DNA of 28,620 nt from positions 1 to 28,620 of IMG/VR virus record IMGVR_UViG_3300044667_000032. One strand, given 5' to 3'. Position numbers and translations under genes: made by a program. How positions within the stretch are numbered: the stretch's first letter is position 1; every line of letters begins with the position of its first letter. This document shows positions 1 through 8,019 of the stretch, one piece after another. The notes beneath the pieces were generated by a model. That model did not search any database and had not been told where the DNA came from. It saw nothing but the letters and a program-made list of their open reading frames with translations. Source of the DNA: a virus (taxonomy: Duplodnaviria > Caudoviricetes).

Positions 1-53
1 GCAGGTGGCATCTCTTGCAGACGGCGCGCTCTCCAGGCTCCGGCACGACGTCA

Positions 54-120
54 CTGTACGTGTTGTACGTCTTAGACGTCTAGAACGTCTTATACGGCCT
101 GTACGTTAGACACGTACAGG
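54..120. repeat. Six degenerate 9-bp tandem repeats plus a 9-bp inverted repeat; probable GntR operator array
   Basis: Units CTGTACGTG, TTGTACGTC, TTAGACGTC, TAGAACGTC, TTATACGGC, CTGTACGTT at 54-107. Perfect inverted repeat CCTGTACGT (98-106) / ACGTACAGG (112-120). Lies directly upstream of a GntR gene. Confidence 0.75.
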
Positions 121-142
121 CTGGTCCGAAACAATCGATCAC

Positions 143-415
143 GTGCCGCTTGACCCACTCGACCACACGCCACTCCCCCAGCAGCTCGCCGCACTCATCC
201 GCGGCCAGATCCAGACCGGTGAACTCGGCGAACGAGACCTGCTGCCGTCCGAAGCGCAGATGCAGTCCCGGCACAGCGTCTCCCGTGGCACCGTCCGTGA
301 GGCGATGCGGATCCTCCGCGACGAGGGCTGGGTGGTCACCGTGCACGCCCGAGGGACCTACGTGGCGCCCGCCGAGCAGTGGCCAGCGGAGGACGAGAAG
401 CCCGTCGACGAGTAG
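143..415 (+). CDS. GntR-family winged-helix transcriptional regulator (stand-alone DNA-binding domain)
   Basis: PLPQQLAALIRGQIQTGEL...LPSEAQMQSRHSVSRGTVREAMRILRDEGWV...RGTYV is the GntR wHTH signature. No SD; AACAAT (130-135) 7 nt before the GTG suggests a leaderless transcript. Confidence 0.92.
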   Translation: MPLDPLDHTPLPQQLAALIRGQIQTGELGERDLLPSEAQMQSRHSVSRGTVREAMRILRDEGWVVTVHARGTYVAPAEQWPAEDEKPVDE

Positions 416-430
416 CCCGGACACGACGAA

Positions 431-470
431 AGAGCGGCCCCGTCCTCCCGGAGGAGGACGGGGCCGCTCT
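431..470. terminator. Intrinsic terminator between convergent genes (likely bidirectional)
   Basis: Perfect 18-bp stem AGAGCGGCCCCGTCCTCC / GGAGGACGGGGCCGCTCT with a CGGA loop, followed on the minus strand by TTCGT. Confidence 0.85.
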
Positions 471-537
471 ACGCGAGCTGCCATCAGCTGCTAGTTGGAG
501 CAGATTTAGCAGCTGAGGAGTACGGCCCAGCTGGTAG

Positions 538-990
538 CTACACCACGAGGACGCGGCGGATGCCGTCGCCGAAGTCGAGCCGGTACCTGCCTCGGGGCAG
601 CGACTCTCCTCTGACGAGGACCTGGCCGGTACGGGTTCCCTCGATGTCCCCGCCGGCCACGCTGGACTCCACGACCGGGAGGAGAGCAAGCTCCTCGTCC
701 AGGTGGGCCAGCGCCTTCAGGTAGTCGGGGTGCTCCAGCAGGCGAACGTCGTCCAGGGGGATGCCGCGCTCGGCCTCCTCAACCGTGACGTACACCGGCC
801 CGCCGTGCCGCGCGCAACGAAGACCGTGTCGGGCCACGCCCGTCGAGATCAGGTCCTTAGGCGGCAGCACGTGGTGGACATCGTTGAACCACGTCTCCAC
901 AGGGGCGGACTCGTAGTTGATCTCGTCGGTGTGGTGCTCGTCCATCACCTTGCACTTGACGTGCTCGTCGATCAGCTCTGAACTGTGCAT
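538..990 (-). CDS. Hypothetical protein (150 aa)
   Basis: GGAGG SD 6 nt before ATG; globular, acidic, protein-like composition; no family recognised. Confidence 0.7.
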   Translation of the reverse strand: MHSSELIDEHVKCKVMDEHHTDEINYESAPVETWFNDVHHVLPPKDLISTGVARHGLRCARHGGPVYVTVEEAERGIPLDDVRLLEHPDYLKALAHLDEELALLPVVESSVAGGDIEGTRTGQVLVRGESLPRGRYRLDFGDGIRRVLVV

Positions 991-1171
991 CGTGGGCCTC
1001 CTGCCCTCGTCGCTGGCGTGCCGAGCGGTGTCCCTGACAGGCGAAGTCTGGCCCTGCCTTCAGCACTCGGCTCTTGCGAGGGGCACGGAAGCACAGATCT
1101 TTCCTTATGTCTTTGACCTGGTCAGCGCGGGAGTGGGGCATCAACCGCCCCCAGCAGGAAGCGGGCCGCCG

Positions 1172-1537
1172 CTAGAGGTAGACGGTGAGGTGCGCCATGA
1201 CGGGCACCTGTGGGGTGGGGTCGTCCTGGCCGTACCCGTTCCGATAGATCTGCTTCTCGTAGGCGTACGCGAACGCCCCGCCGGCCGAATCGAGGACTTC
1301 GAGGACTTCCCCCGCGGGAACCTTCGGCGCCCATGTGATCGCCCCGCCGGGGTCCATGGTCAGCGCGATCAGTCGTCCTTCGTCGTGGGCTTCCTCGACC
1401 GCGGCGCGGATCGCCTGCTGCGCCTCGTCCCTGTGAGGCCCATCGTCGGGATGCGCCCAGATCGTCACGAGCCGCATCCGTGTCTCGATGTTCATGCGCT
1501 TCTCGTACCAGCGTGGTTTGGCCTCATCCGGTGACAT
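1172..1537 (-). CDS. Hypothetical protein (121 aa), probably leaderless
   Basis: Protein-like composition; -10-like TACGGT 7 nt upstream of ATG and no SD; no family recognised. Confidence 0.7.
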   Translation of the reverse strand: MSPDEAKPRWYEKRMNIETRMRLVTIWAHPDDGPHRDEAQQAIRAAVEEAHDEGRLIALTMDPGGAITWAPKVPAGEVLEVLDSAGGAFAYAYEKQIYRNGYGQDDPTPQVPVMAHLTVYL

Positions 1538-1544
1538 GGCCAGG

Positions 1545-1550
1545 ACCGTA
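1545..1550 (-). promoter_or_regulatory. Putative -10 element (TACGGT) for a leaderless transcript
   Basis: TANNNT hexamer 7 nt upstream of the ATG at 1537, just downstream of a terminator. Confidence 0.5.
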
Positions 1551-1576
1551 GCCGAGCCATCCCCCCTGCGCTGGGT

Positions 1577-1617
1577 AAACGAAGAAGCCGCCCCCGTCCC
1601 GAAGGACGAGGGCGGCT
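1577..1617 (-). terminator. Intrinsic terminator ending the lysis/late operon
   Basis: Minus strand AGCCGCCCTCGTCC-TTCG-GGACGGGGGCGGCT then TCTTCGTTT; C(UUCG)G tetraloop. Confidence 0.8.
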
Positions 1618-1689
1618 CTACGCAACAGCTGACCCGGGGAGGGTAGCTGGCACCCGCTCACCGAAGCGCACGGGGGAATCAAGGGAAGG

Positions 1690-2067
1690 CTACAGCTGCA
1701 CGCCGGTGTGACTGCCCGGGTGGGAGTCCGACACCGCCGGCGCCGGGGACACGTTGGCGCGCAGGGCGAGCGCGAGCACCGCGGAGACCAGCACGATGAA
1801 CGTGGCGGTCATCTGCGGAGTGATCGGCAGCCCGAACGAAGCCAGCCCGGCCAGCACGGTCTGAAGCGCACCAGTCAGTGCGGAGACCACGAACGGCCGG
1901 GTGAGGACCGCCACGATCAGCGCGATCACACCGGAGGCGACGGTCATCAGCCACCCAGCGGCCTCCTCCGAGAGGCCGACCGAGGGCAGGGTGACAACGA
2001 ACGCGATGACCGCGTTGACCGCGTACAGCACGGCCGCGGGCTCGCGACCAAACAGGCGAACCTGCAT
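1690..2067 (-). CDS. Putative holin (FGREP-type multi-TM membrane protein)
   Basis: MQVRLFGREPAAVL start with about four hydrophobic segments, GGAGG SD before the ATG at 2067, downstream of the endolysin. Confidence 0.75.
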   Translation of the reverse strand: MQVRLFGREPAAVLYAVNAVIAFVVTLPSVGLSEEAAGWLMTVASGVIALIVAVLTRPFVVSALTGALQTVLAGLASFGLPITPQMTATFIVLVSAVLALALRANVSPAPAVSDSHPGSHTGVQL

Positions 2068-2087
2068 GACCCCTCCAAAGGGTCGGG

Positions 2088-2145
2088 AAAGCAAGAAGGC
2101 CCGACCAGAGTTGTTGCCAGGGGCGGCAATAAGCCTGGTCAGGCT
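2088..2145 (-). terminator. Long imperfect hairpin with pyrimidine tail downstream of the LTD gene
   Basis: Minus strand GCCTGACCAG...TTATTGCC-loop-GGCAACAA...CTGGTCGGGC followed by CTTCTTGCTTT. Confidence 0.5.
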
Positions 2146-2196
2146 AGGTGTGTGATATTTCGGCGCCTGAAGTTAAGGATCCGAATCACACTCGGG

Positions 2197-2757
2197 TCAG
2201 CTGGTGTAGTAGCCGTTGGTGAAGTCGTAGACGAACTTCGTGACGAGTGTCCCGTTGGCCCGCTTGACGTAGATGCTGTCTCGCAGGTTGTTCAGGTAGT
2301 GCCCGTTGTAGCCGCACGCGTCCCGGTTGAGCACCATGGAGTGCTGGGAGTTGTCGGAGTTGTCCGCGGCTCCGCCGGTGTACACGCGGATCGTGTGCCC
2401 GTTCGGGAGCCACAGCCCGTCCTCGGTGCCGTCGTCGTCGGCATCCTTGTCCAGCCACGGCAGACCGGCCTTCGTGAAGATCGCGGTGTTGCAGTCGGCG
2501 GCGACCGGGTTGTTGCCGTTCTTCTCGTGCGCCCACGCGTCCTGGACGCTCCAGTCGCGCACGTTCAGCAGGCCACCGGAGGTGTTCCGCAGGTCCACGT
2601 ACTCCTGCCACCGGTTGACCAGCGTGTCCGGGCCGGCGGCGTTGTAGCCGACCTTGACGACAGTCAGGTCCGGAACGACCGCGGACGAGGGGGTTACGCC
2701 GACCGCGACCAGCGCCACGACGGCGCCGGCCAGGACGGCTGAGATTCGCTTCAGCAC
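2197..2757 (-). CDS. Secreted lamin-tail-domain (LTD)-like protein
   Basis: Sec signal peptide MLKRISAVLAGAVVALVAVGVTPSSA; LTD pattern KVGYNAAGPDT...EYVDLRNTSGGLLNVRDWSVQD...IRVYTG...LNNLRDSIYV; AGGAG SD. Confidence 0.75.
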   Translation of the reverse strand: MLKRISAVLAGAVVALVAVGVTPSSAVVPDLTVVKVGYNAAGPDTLVNRWQEYVDLRNTSGGLLNVRDWSVQDAWAHEKNGNNPVAADCNTAIFTKAGLPWLDKDADDDGTEDGLWLPNGHTIRVYTGGAADNSDNSQHSMVLNRDACGYNGHYLNNLRDSIYVKRANGTLVTKFVYDFTNGYYTS

Positions 2758-2837
2758 TTGGTGCTCCTAGTTGGTGTCATCTACCAGGCCGGGTATTCGG
2801 CCCTCATACGGATCGGCAACCAGCTCTGGCTGCTCGA

Positions 2838-3620
2838 TCACGGCTTGATCAGCACGGTCCACGTCAGCTTCCCGACGATGCCGTCCGCGTCCAGGCCCTT
2901 GGCCTTCTGTAGCTTCTTCACCCGCTCAACCATCGGCGGGGTGTACGTCATGTCGTCGTACACCGCCGGGTCCAAGGCGTACTCGGAGCCGTGGGAGGCC
3001 AGCAGGTAGTAGGCGCGCTTGACCGGAACGCCCTTGGCGCCGGGTCGCAGCTGCGGGAGTTCATCCACGAGGGCCTCCGTCCAGGTGGGTTCGGGCTTGT
3101 TGTCGCCCTTGAGGAGCGTCATGAACTGGCCCCACGGGAACCCCGTTCCCGGGTCGGAATGATCGGTCTGTCCGAACGCCTTGGCGACGTCCACGTGACC
3201 GGTGATGCCGCGCTTCCCGGCCCGCAGGTCCGCCGGGGACAGCCTGACGAGGGGCACGTCCCACCGGTCGGCGATCTCCCGGACCAGCTGGGCGGCGAGC
3301 GCGAGCATCGCCTGATGGTCGGCGTCCTGCCACCGGGACGCGGCGCCCTTCTGCGGGTCGCACAGCTCCACGCCGATCGACCCACGGTTCGGCGGGGCGT
3401 GCCAGCACACCACGTCCTCCGCGTAGGAGCGGATCACCTCACCAGGGTCCACGGTGTAGTGCGCGGACCCGCCGGCCTTGGGCGACTGGAAGTAGCGGGC
3501 CACCGACCGGGCACCGCCACGGACACACGGCGAGACCGTGCCGTGCATCACGATCCGCGACACCGACGACTGCCGGCCCGAGGTGTGAGAAGCGGTACCC
3601 GGAACGTAGGAGATCTTCAT
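2838..3620 (-). CDS. Endolysin: N-acetylmuramoyl-L-alanine amidase (Amidase_2) with C-terminal peptidoglycan-binding domain
   Basis: IVMHGT...SAHYTVD...CWHA...SIGVELC...GHVDV...HSDPG zinc-amidase motifs; LQKAKGLDADGIVGKLTW is PG_binding_1-like. True start MKISY at 3620, ATGA overlap with the upstream holin. Confidence 0.92.
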   Translation of the reverse strand: MKISYVPGTASHTSGRQSSVSRIVMHGTVSPCVRGGARSVARYFQSPKAGGSAHYTVDPGEVIRSYAEDVVCWHAPPNRGSIGVELCDPQKGAASRWQDADHQAMLALAAQLVREIADRWDVPLVRLSPADLRAGKRGITGHVDVAKAFGQTDHSDPGTGFPWGQFMTLLKGDNKPEPTWTEALVDELPQLRPGAKGVPVKRAYYLLASHGSEYALDPAVYDDMTYTPPMVERVKKLQKAKGLDADGIVGKLTWTVLIKP

Positions 3621-3961
3621 CGCTGCCGCTCCTCTCTGATCCGCCGACGCTCGGCGTCGGCCTGGGCACGCAGCAGCAGGACCAGGCGCCAGATCAGCAC
3701 CCAGTTGATGAGCACGAACACGACCAGGCGGATCACGTGCCAGCAGGAGTCGCCACCGGACTGGGCGGTCCACACGCCCGGAGAGGTGGCCAGGCGGCCA
3801 GCCCACAACGACAAGGCCAAGCCGATCACGCTCATGTACGAGAACAGGTGCCGGCCGGTCGGGTTGTCCCACCAGCGGGCCCGAACCTGGTAGACCACCA
3901 CCGACGACACCGCGACCACCGCGGCGAGGACGATCAACACGTTGCCGGCGACGTACAACAT
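3617..3961 (-). CDS. Putative holin (3 TM)
   Basis: Three hydrophobic segments, WWDNPTGRHL motif, basic C-terminal tail; translationally coupled to the endolysin. Confidence 0.75.
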   Translation of the reverse strand: MLYVAGNVLIVLAAVVAVSSVVVYQVRARWWDNPTGRHLFSYMSVIGLALSLWAGRLATSPGVWTAQSGGDSCWHVIRLVVFVLINWVLIWRLVLLLRAQADAERRRIREERQR

Positions 3962-4185
3962 CAGGTCTCACCGCCCAGTGCCCGAGACACCAGCTCGGCG
4001 AAGTGGTTCCGCTCCCGATGCCGCCTCAAAGACGAGGCGACTTCCCGTACCTCAGGCCACTGCTCTCTCACTTCTTTCAACCCCTCTTCCGACTGCTCGC
4101 GTGCTGCCCTAGCCGCATCGATCCGCCGCTGAGCCTCAGGGGAAGGGGTCGGTTCCTGGGCTCGTCTACGGCGGAGAAATCGCAT
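3961..4185 (-). CDS. Small conserved actinophage lysis-region protein (74 aa)
   Basis: MRFLRRRR...WPEVREVASSLRRHRERNHFAE; stop overlaps the holin start (TGATG); GGAGGG SD. Confidence 0.7.
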   Translation of the reverse strand: MRFLRRRRAQEPTPSPEAQRRIDAARAAREQSEEGLKEVREQWPEVREVASSLRRHRERNHFAELVSRALGGET

Positions 4186-4483
4186 GGCGAGGGCCCTCCT
4201 CTGAGCCACGCAGCGAATGAATGAACTGATCAGTCGTGCGCGCGTACTCCATGAGTTCGTGGAGCTGTTTGCCTTGCTCTTCGCGGGCTGCGACCTCGGT
4301 CAGCCAGGCTGCTTTGTACTCGGATGCCTCGGTGGACTTCTCGGCGAGACGCGCGTCCCGATCGGCGCGCATGTCGTCGACAGTGCTCTTAGGGACCAAT
4401 CTCCCGGTGAACACCATCCAGAGGAATCCGAAGAGGAGGCCTAGGGCGCCGAGTTGGACGATGGGTAGTTGAGCCCACTCCAC
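4166..4483 (-). CDS. Membrane-anchored coiled-coil protein of the lysis cassette (105 aa)
   Basis: GTG start after GAGG; one N-terminal TM (LGALGLLFGFLWMVFTGRLVP) followed by a helical charged region. Confidence 0.75.
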   Translation of the reverse strand: MEWAQLPIVQLGALGLLFGFLWMVFTGRLVPKSTVDDMRADRDARLAEKSTEASEYKAAWLTEVAAREEQGKQLHELMEYARTTDQFIHSLRGSEEGPRHAISPP

Positions 4484-4509
4484 GGGCCGCCTCTCTATTG
4501 GTGGTAGGA

Positions 4510-4584
4510 GAAATCGAAGGGTGTCGCCTCCGGTTGGACATCCCGTTACTGCCGCGCCGACAGCGCCCGTAGGAGACGACACCC
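4510..4584 (-). terminator. Large-loop hairpin with T-rich tail between tail and lysis modules
   Basis: Minus strand GGGTGTCGTCTCC...(40 nt)...GGAGGCGACACCC then TTCGATTTCT; 13-bp stem with one G-U pair. Confidence 0.45.
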
Positions 4585-4600
4585 GGCTCTAGGGAGAGGG

Positions 4601-5062
4601 TTAGGACTCCAGGTAGCCCGCAGCGCGGAGCGAGTTCATGAGCTGGATCAGCGTGTTCCTGATCCCGCTCTGGCAGTCGTCTCGCAGGTCCTGGTAGACC
4701 GCCACAGTGACCGACGCCGGCGCCGAAGGGCTGTTGAACAGCGGCGGGTTCGCGACCGCCGCGGCCGGAGCCATCGGCGGCGGGATCTTCACCACGTTGC
4801 CGTCAGCGTCCTTCCACGCCGGCTCGTTGCCGTCGGCGAACGCCACCACACCAGTCGCGGGAGTGGCCGGTTCGGACTGAGCCGGCAGGACCGCGCCAGC
4901 GGACAGAGTGGCCGGCGCGTCGAAGTTGCCGCCGCCGCCGAAGGTGACGACCGCGGAGAACTTGCTGATGGGAGCTCGCTTCGAGGCCTTCGCCTGAGCG
5001 TCTTTCGCTCCGCGCTTCGCGTCGGCGATGTCCTTGAGGACGTCGTTTTCGTAGCTAGGCAT
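4601..5062 (-). CDS. Minor tail protein (153 aa)
   Basis: Overlaps the hub gene stop; N-terminal coiled coil, Pro/Ala-rich middle, C-terminal helix IRNTLIQLMNSLRAAGYL as in tail-tip/fibre proteins. Confidence 0.65.
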   Translation of the reverse strand: MPSYENDVLKDIADAKRGAKDAQAKASKRAPISKFSAVVTFGGGGNFDAPATLSAGAVLPAQSEPATPATGVVAFADGNEPAWKDADGNVVKIPPPMAPAAAVANPPLFNSPSAPASVTVAVYQDLRDDCQSGIRNTLIQLMNSLRAAGYLES

Positions 5063-6905
5063 CGTTCTCCTCGAAGGTCAGGGTGCAGATCTCGACGCCG
5101 GAGCCCTTCGCGGGCGGTTGGAAGGACATGCCGACGACCCGCCAGGACTTGGAGAAGCTGGCCACGCCGTCCACGATTGGCCACCAGTGGTTGACGATCG
5201 CCACCGTCACCCGATCGCCCAAGTTGCCTGGGCCGAAGCTGGTGTTCGCCGGGAGGACGACGGTGGCTTGGTGGACGCGCACGGTCCCGGCCCGGTTGGT
5301 GGCCCACCACGTGGCGTAGCCCTCCAGGGTGCCCTCGTCGGACACCGAGCTGTAGTCGATGGTCCGGTCGATGCCGGGCCAGCCGGCGTCGATGTGGGCC
5401 TGGGCGACCGCGACGGTCGACACCTCGGCCTCTGAGGCGACAGAGCCGTCGTCGTTGTTGGACTGGCCGCGCGCCACATACGCCGTGCCGCCGCGGAGCG
5501 CGTCGATGTCCTCGCTCCAGCTCATCAGCTTGCCCGGCGACTCGAACCGGTGGTTCGTGGCCGCGTTGCCGAGCAGCGGATACCCCCAGGTCCACACGCG
5601 GGACCGGGTGCCGTCGCCATTGTCGACGACCTGGATCGCGTACTCGAATCCGCCGTCGACCTCGGCCAGTTCCTTGAGGCGTTCGCCGAAGGTGCCACCT
5701 TCGCTGGCCAGGTAGGAGCGGTCTCGGGTGATGCCGCTAGTGCCGGCCTGCAGGCTGAGCCCGATGTCGTACCGCGGAGTCGCCTGCATCGCGGTGAGCA
5801 GGTTGCGGGCGATCTGGATCTGATCCTCGCCCTCGTAGGGGCCGAGGTCCTCCCGGATGTCGACCTGCCCGAGGTAGGACTCCAGCGAGTCGCCCTCGAT
5901 CGTTACCTGGACCGGCCCGTTACCCGACTGGGAGACCGCGGCCCTCCACAGGACATAGCTGCCCCAGATGACGCCGTTGCGGTAGACGTGCACGATGACC
6001 CTGCCGGGCCCTGTCGACAGGTCTTCCGGGTGGCGGGGCACGATCCGGGCGACCTTGGCCGCGATGGTGGCGTTGGTGACGTCCAAGCTGGCGCTGAAAT
6101 GCCCAGCCTCGTTGATCTTCCGGTCGTAGCTGACGTCACGCAGGTCGAGGTCTTTGCAGATCAGGTCATCGGTCAAAAGATCACAGAACTCGAAGGTGTA
6201 GTGAACCACCTGCGCCGACGCAGGCAGCGCCGGAACGGTCGGCGGCGGAACCTCGGGCTGCTCTCCCCCACCCTGCCCGGAGTCCGCGGCCAGAACGGCG
6301 ACGGTCATGCCAGACAGCGCTTCGAAGTACTCGACGCTGCCCGTGAACGTCTTCACTCCGCTGGCCGCGGCGCTGTTCAGCTTCCGCGAGACCGCCGCCG
6401 TAACCACCAGATCCGCAGAGGCGGTGAACCTGGGCGACAGGCCGGAAGGAGGGGTCAGCGACGCGCCCTCGAAGGTGAACGCGGCGGCGAACCGGAGCTC
6501 AACGGCACCTGTCGTGGAAGGAGTGACCGACGGCGTGTCGATGGTGTTGACGCCGGAGCCCTGGAAGGAGTCGCTGAGAGGAGGGGTCGTAACCCCGCCG
6601 CTGATCGCGGCGACCGCGGCAACGCTCTCGGCGCCGCCAGCATGGCTGAATCCGTAGCCAGTCGGTTCGGATGCCCCAGCGACCCGCCACCACATGCGTA
6701 CCGGCAGGACGTCCCCGCCCGAGGTGGCCTCCAGCGGCAGCCAAGTGCCGCCGCCGGTCGGCGCGGCAAGAGACGAACCCAATCCGGCCGCCTGCCAGGC
6801 GATGAGGACATCGCCCTCGGCGGTCCCGGAAGGCTTCGCGACGGCGTAGCTGGTGTTCTCGGAGGCGATGTAGGAGACGGATCGCAGGGTGGCGGCCACC
6901 AGCAC
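5055..6905 (-). CDS. Baseplate hub/Tal-like minor tail protein (ReqiPepy6 Gp37-like) with extra N-terminal beta-rich domain
   Basis: C-terminal ~380 aa with VSYDRKINEAGHFSASLDV...VHVYRNGVIWGSYVLW...GFEYAIQV...NLGDRVTV typical of Gp37-like hubs; follows Dit. Confidence 0.8.
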   Translation of the reverse strand: MLVAATLRSVSYIASENTSYAVAKPSGTAEGDVLIAWQAAGLGSSLAAPTGGGTWLPLEATSGGDVLPVRMWWRVAGASEPTGYGFSHAGGAESVAAVAAISGGVTTPPLSDSFQGSGVNTIDTPSVTPSTTGAVELRFAAAFTFEGASLTPPSGLSPRFTASADLVVTAAVSRKLNSAAASGVKTFTGSVEYFEALSGMTVAVLAADSGQGGGEQPEVPPPTVPALPASAQVVHYTFEFCDLLTDDLICKDLDLRDVSYDRKINEAGHFSASLDVTNATIAAKVARIVPRHPEDLSTGPGRVIVHVYRNGVIWGSYVLWRAAVSQSGNGPVQVTIEGDSLESYLGQVDIREDLGPYEGEDQIQIARNLLTAMQATPRYDIGLSLQAGTSGITRDRSYLASEGGTFGERLKELAEVDGGFEYAIQVVDNGDGTRSRVWTWGYPLLGNAATNHRFESPGKLMSWSEDIDALRGGTAYVARGQSNNDDGSVASEAEVSTVAVAQAHIDAGWPGIDRTIDYSSVSDEGTLEGYATWWATNRAGTVRVHQATVVLPANTSFGPGNLGDRVTVAIVNHWWPIVDGVASFSKSWRVVGMSFQPPAKGSGVEICTLTFEENDA

Positions 6906-6927
6906 CTCCCGTCACGGGCTGGGGCGG

Positions 6928-8007
6928 CTACATGAAGGCGGAGCGGAAGAGGATCTCTATGCCGCCGTCACCGCCGGAGGTTGCGCTGTAAGCGACCTGG
7001 TTGGAGCCGGCCGCCAGCACCCACGCCTCGACGGGCACGGTCTGGTTGGCGAGGGCGTCCATTGCGTCCTCGCCGGCGAGGTCGACGACGGTTCCCTCAT
7101 GGGTGTCGACTTCGAGTTCCTCGTCGCCGGCGAGGGTGACCGCGAAGCGGAGGATCCGATCGAGGGTCTCGTTGTGAATGACGGGGTTGACGACCGGGCC
7201 GAAGATCTTGATTCTTGGGCTGGTCGCGATGTCGCCGTCATTAGTGCAGGTGACGGTGCCCCCAGCGGCCACCGTGACGGATTGCTGCTGCAGGTCATAC
7301 CGGCGAGGGTCAGAGCAGATCCACCGCACCGGGACCAACGTCCACCCCTGGACGTAATGCTGAGTCGGCATCACCCGGCCGGCGGGTTTCGCCCGCACCA
7401 GCAGAGTCTCGCCATCGGTGCGGATCGTCAGGTCCAGTTCGGTACCGGACTCCGACACGTTGATCACACGCCTGAGGTCCCTGCGCGCTTGCAGGAAGCC
7501 GCCAGAGGTCTCCGAGATCGCGATGGTCGCCGAAACCGTCCGCTGCTGAGCGAAGTCCAAACCCGGAAAGGACCCGTGGCGCTGCGACCTGGAAGCGTTA
7601 CCGCTGTCGAGTTCGGGCATGTCATCCCAGCCCTCAACCGATCCGGCTTCGATCTGGTACACGTTCGCCGCGCCACCGAACACCATCCGGGCCCACTCGA
7701 TCTGGTAGTCGCCGGTGATGAGCTCACCGGGCAGGATCGGGACGTCAACGGTGAACGACGGGAACCCGCTGCTGGTCGCGAACACCGGCAGCGTGAACGA
7801 GGTGTCGTAGTCGATCGTGAACGCCGGGAACGCCGAGGCGGTCTCGAAGGCGTCCATGTCGAACGACACCGACGGCGAGGTGACGTCCAACTCGGGGAAC
7901 GCGCTGGCCGTGGCGAACACGCCCAGGCTGGTGGACTCCGAGGAGAACCGGAACGCGGCGTTGCGGATGTAGACCGGTGCTGGGAAGCCGCGACCAAGGC
8001 GAGCCAC
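6928..8007 (-). CDS. Distal tail protein (Dit, Sipho_tail-like) with repeat-containing N-terminal extension
   Basis: VEGWDDMPELDSGNASRSQRHG...RTVSATI...CSDPRRY...NDGDIATSPRIKIFGPVVNPVI...LAAGSNQV...RSAFM Dit pattern. Confidence 0.85.
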   Translation of the reverse strand: MARLGRGFPAPVYIRNAAFRFSSESTSLGVFATASAFPELDVTSPSVSFDMDAFETASAFPAFTIDYDTSFTLPVFATSSGFPSFTVDVPILPGELITGDYQIEWARMVFGGAANVYQIEAGSVEGWDDMPELDSGNASRSQRHGSFPGLDFAQQRTVSATIAISETSGGFLQARRDLRRVINVSESGTELDLTIRTDGETLLVRAKPAGRVMPTQHYVQGWTLVPVRWICSDPRRYDLQQQSVTVAAGGTVTCTNDGDIATSPRIKIFGPVVNPVIHNETLDRILRFAVTLAGDEELEVDTHEGTVVDLAGEDAMDALANQTVPVEAWVLAAGSNQVAYSATSGGDGGIEILFRSAFM

Positions 8008-8019
8008 CAGGCGCCTCCC

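Noticed and set aside
54-120. CRISPR array or replication iterons
   Set aside because: The units are 9 bp and contiguous with no spacers, and no cas or rep gene is adjacent.
484-516. 10-bp inverted repeat TCAGCTGCTA/TAGCAGCTGA as an att site or small RNA
   Set aside because: There is no integrase or second copy; it is more simply a 3' UTR hairpin next to the terminator.
3621-3971. N-terminal extension of the endolysin ORF
   Set aside because: It overlaps the holin in another frame; the ATGA-coupled start at 3620 fits better.
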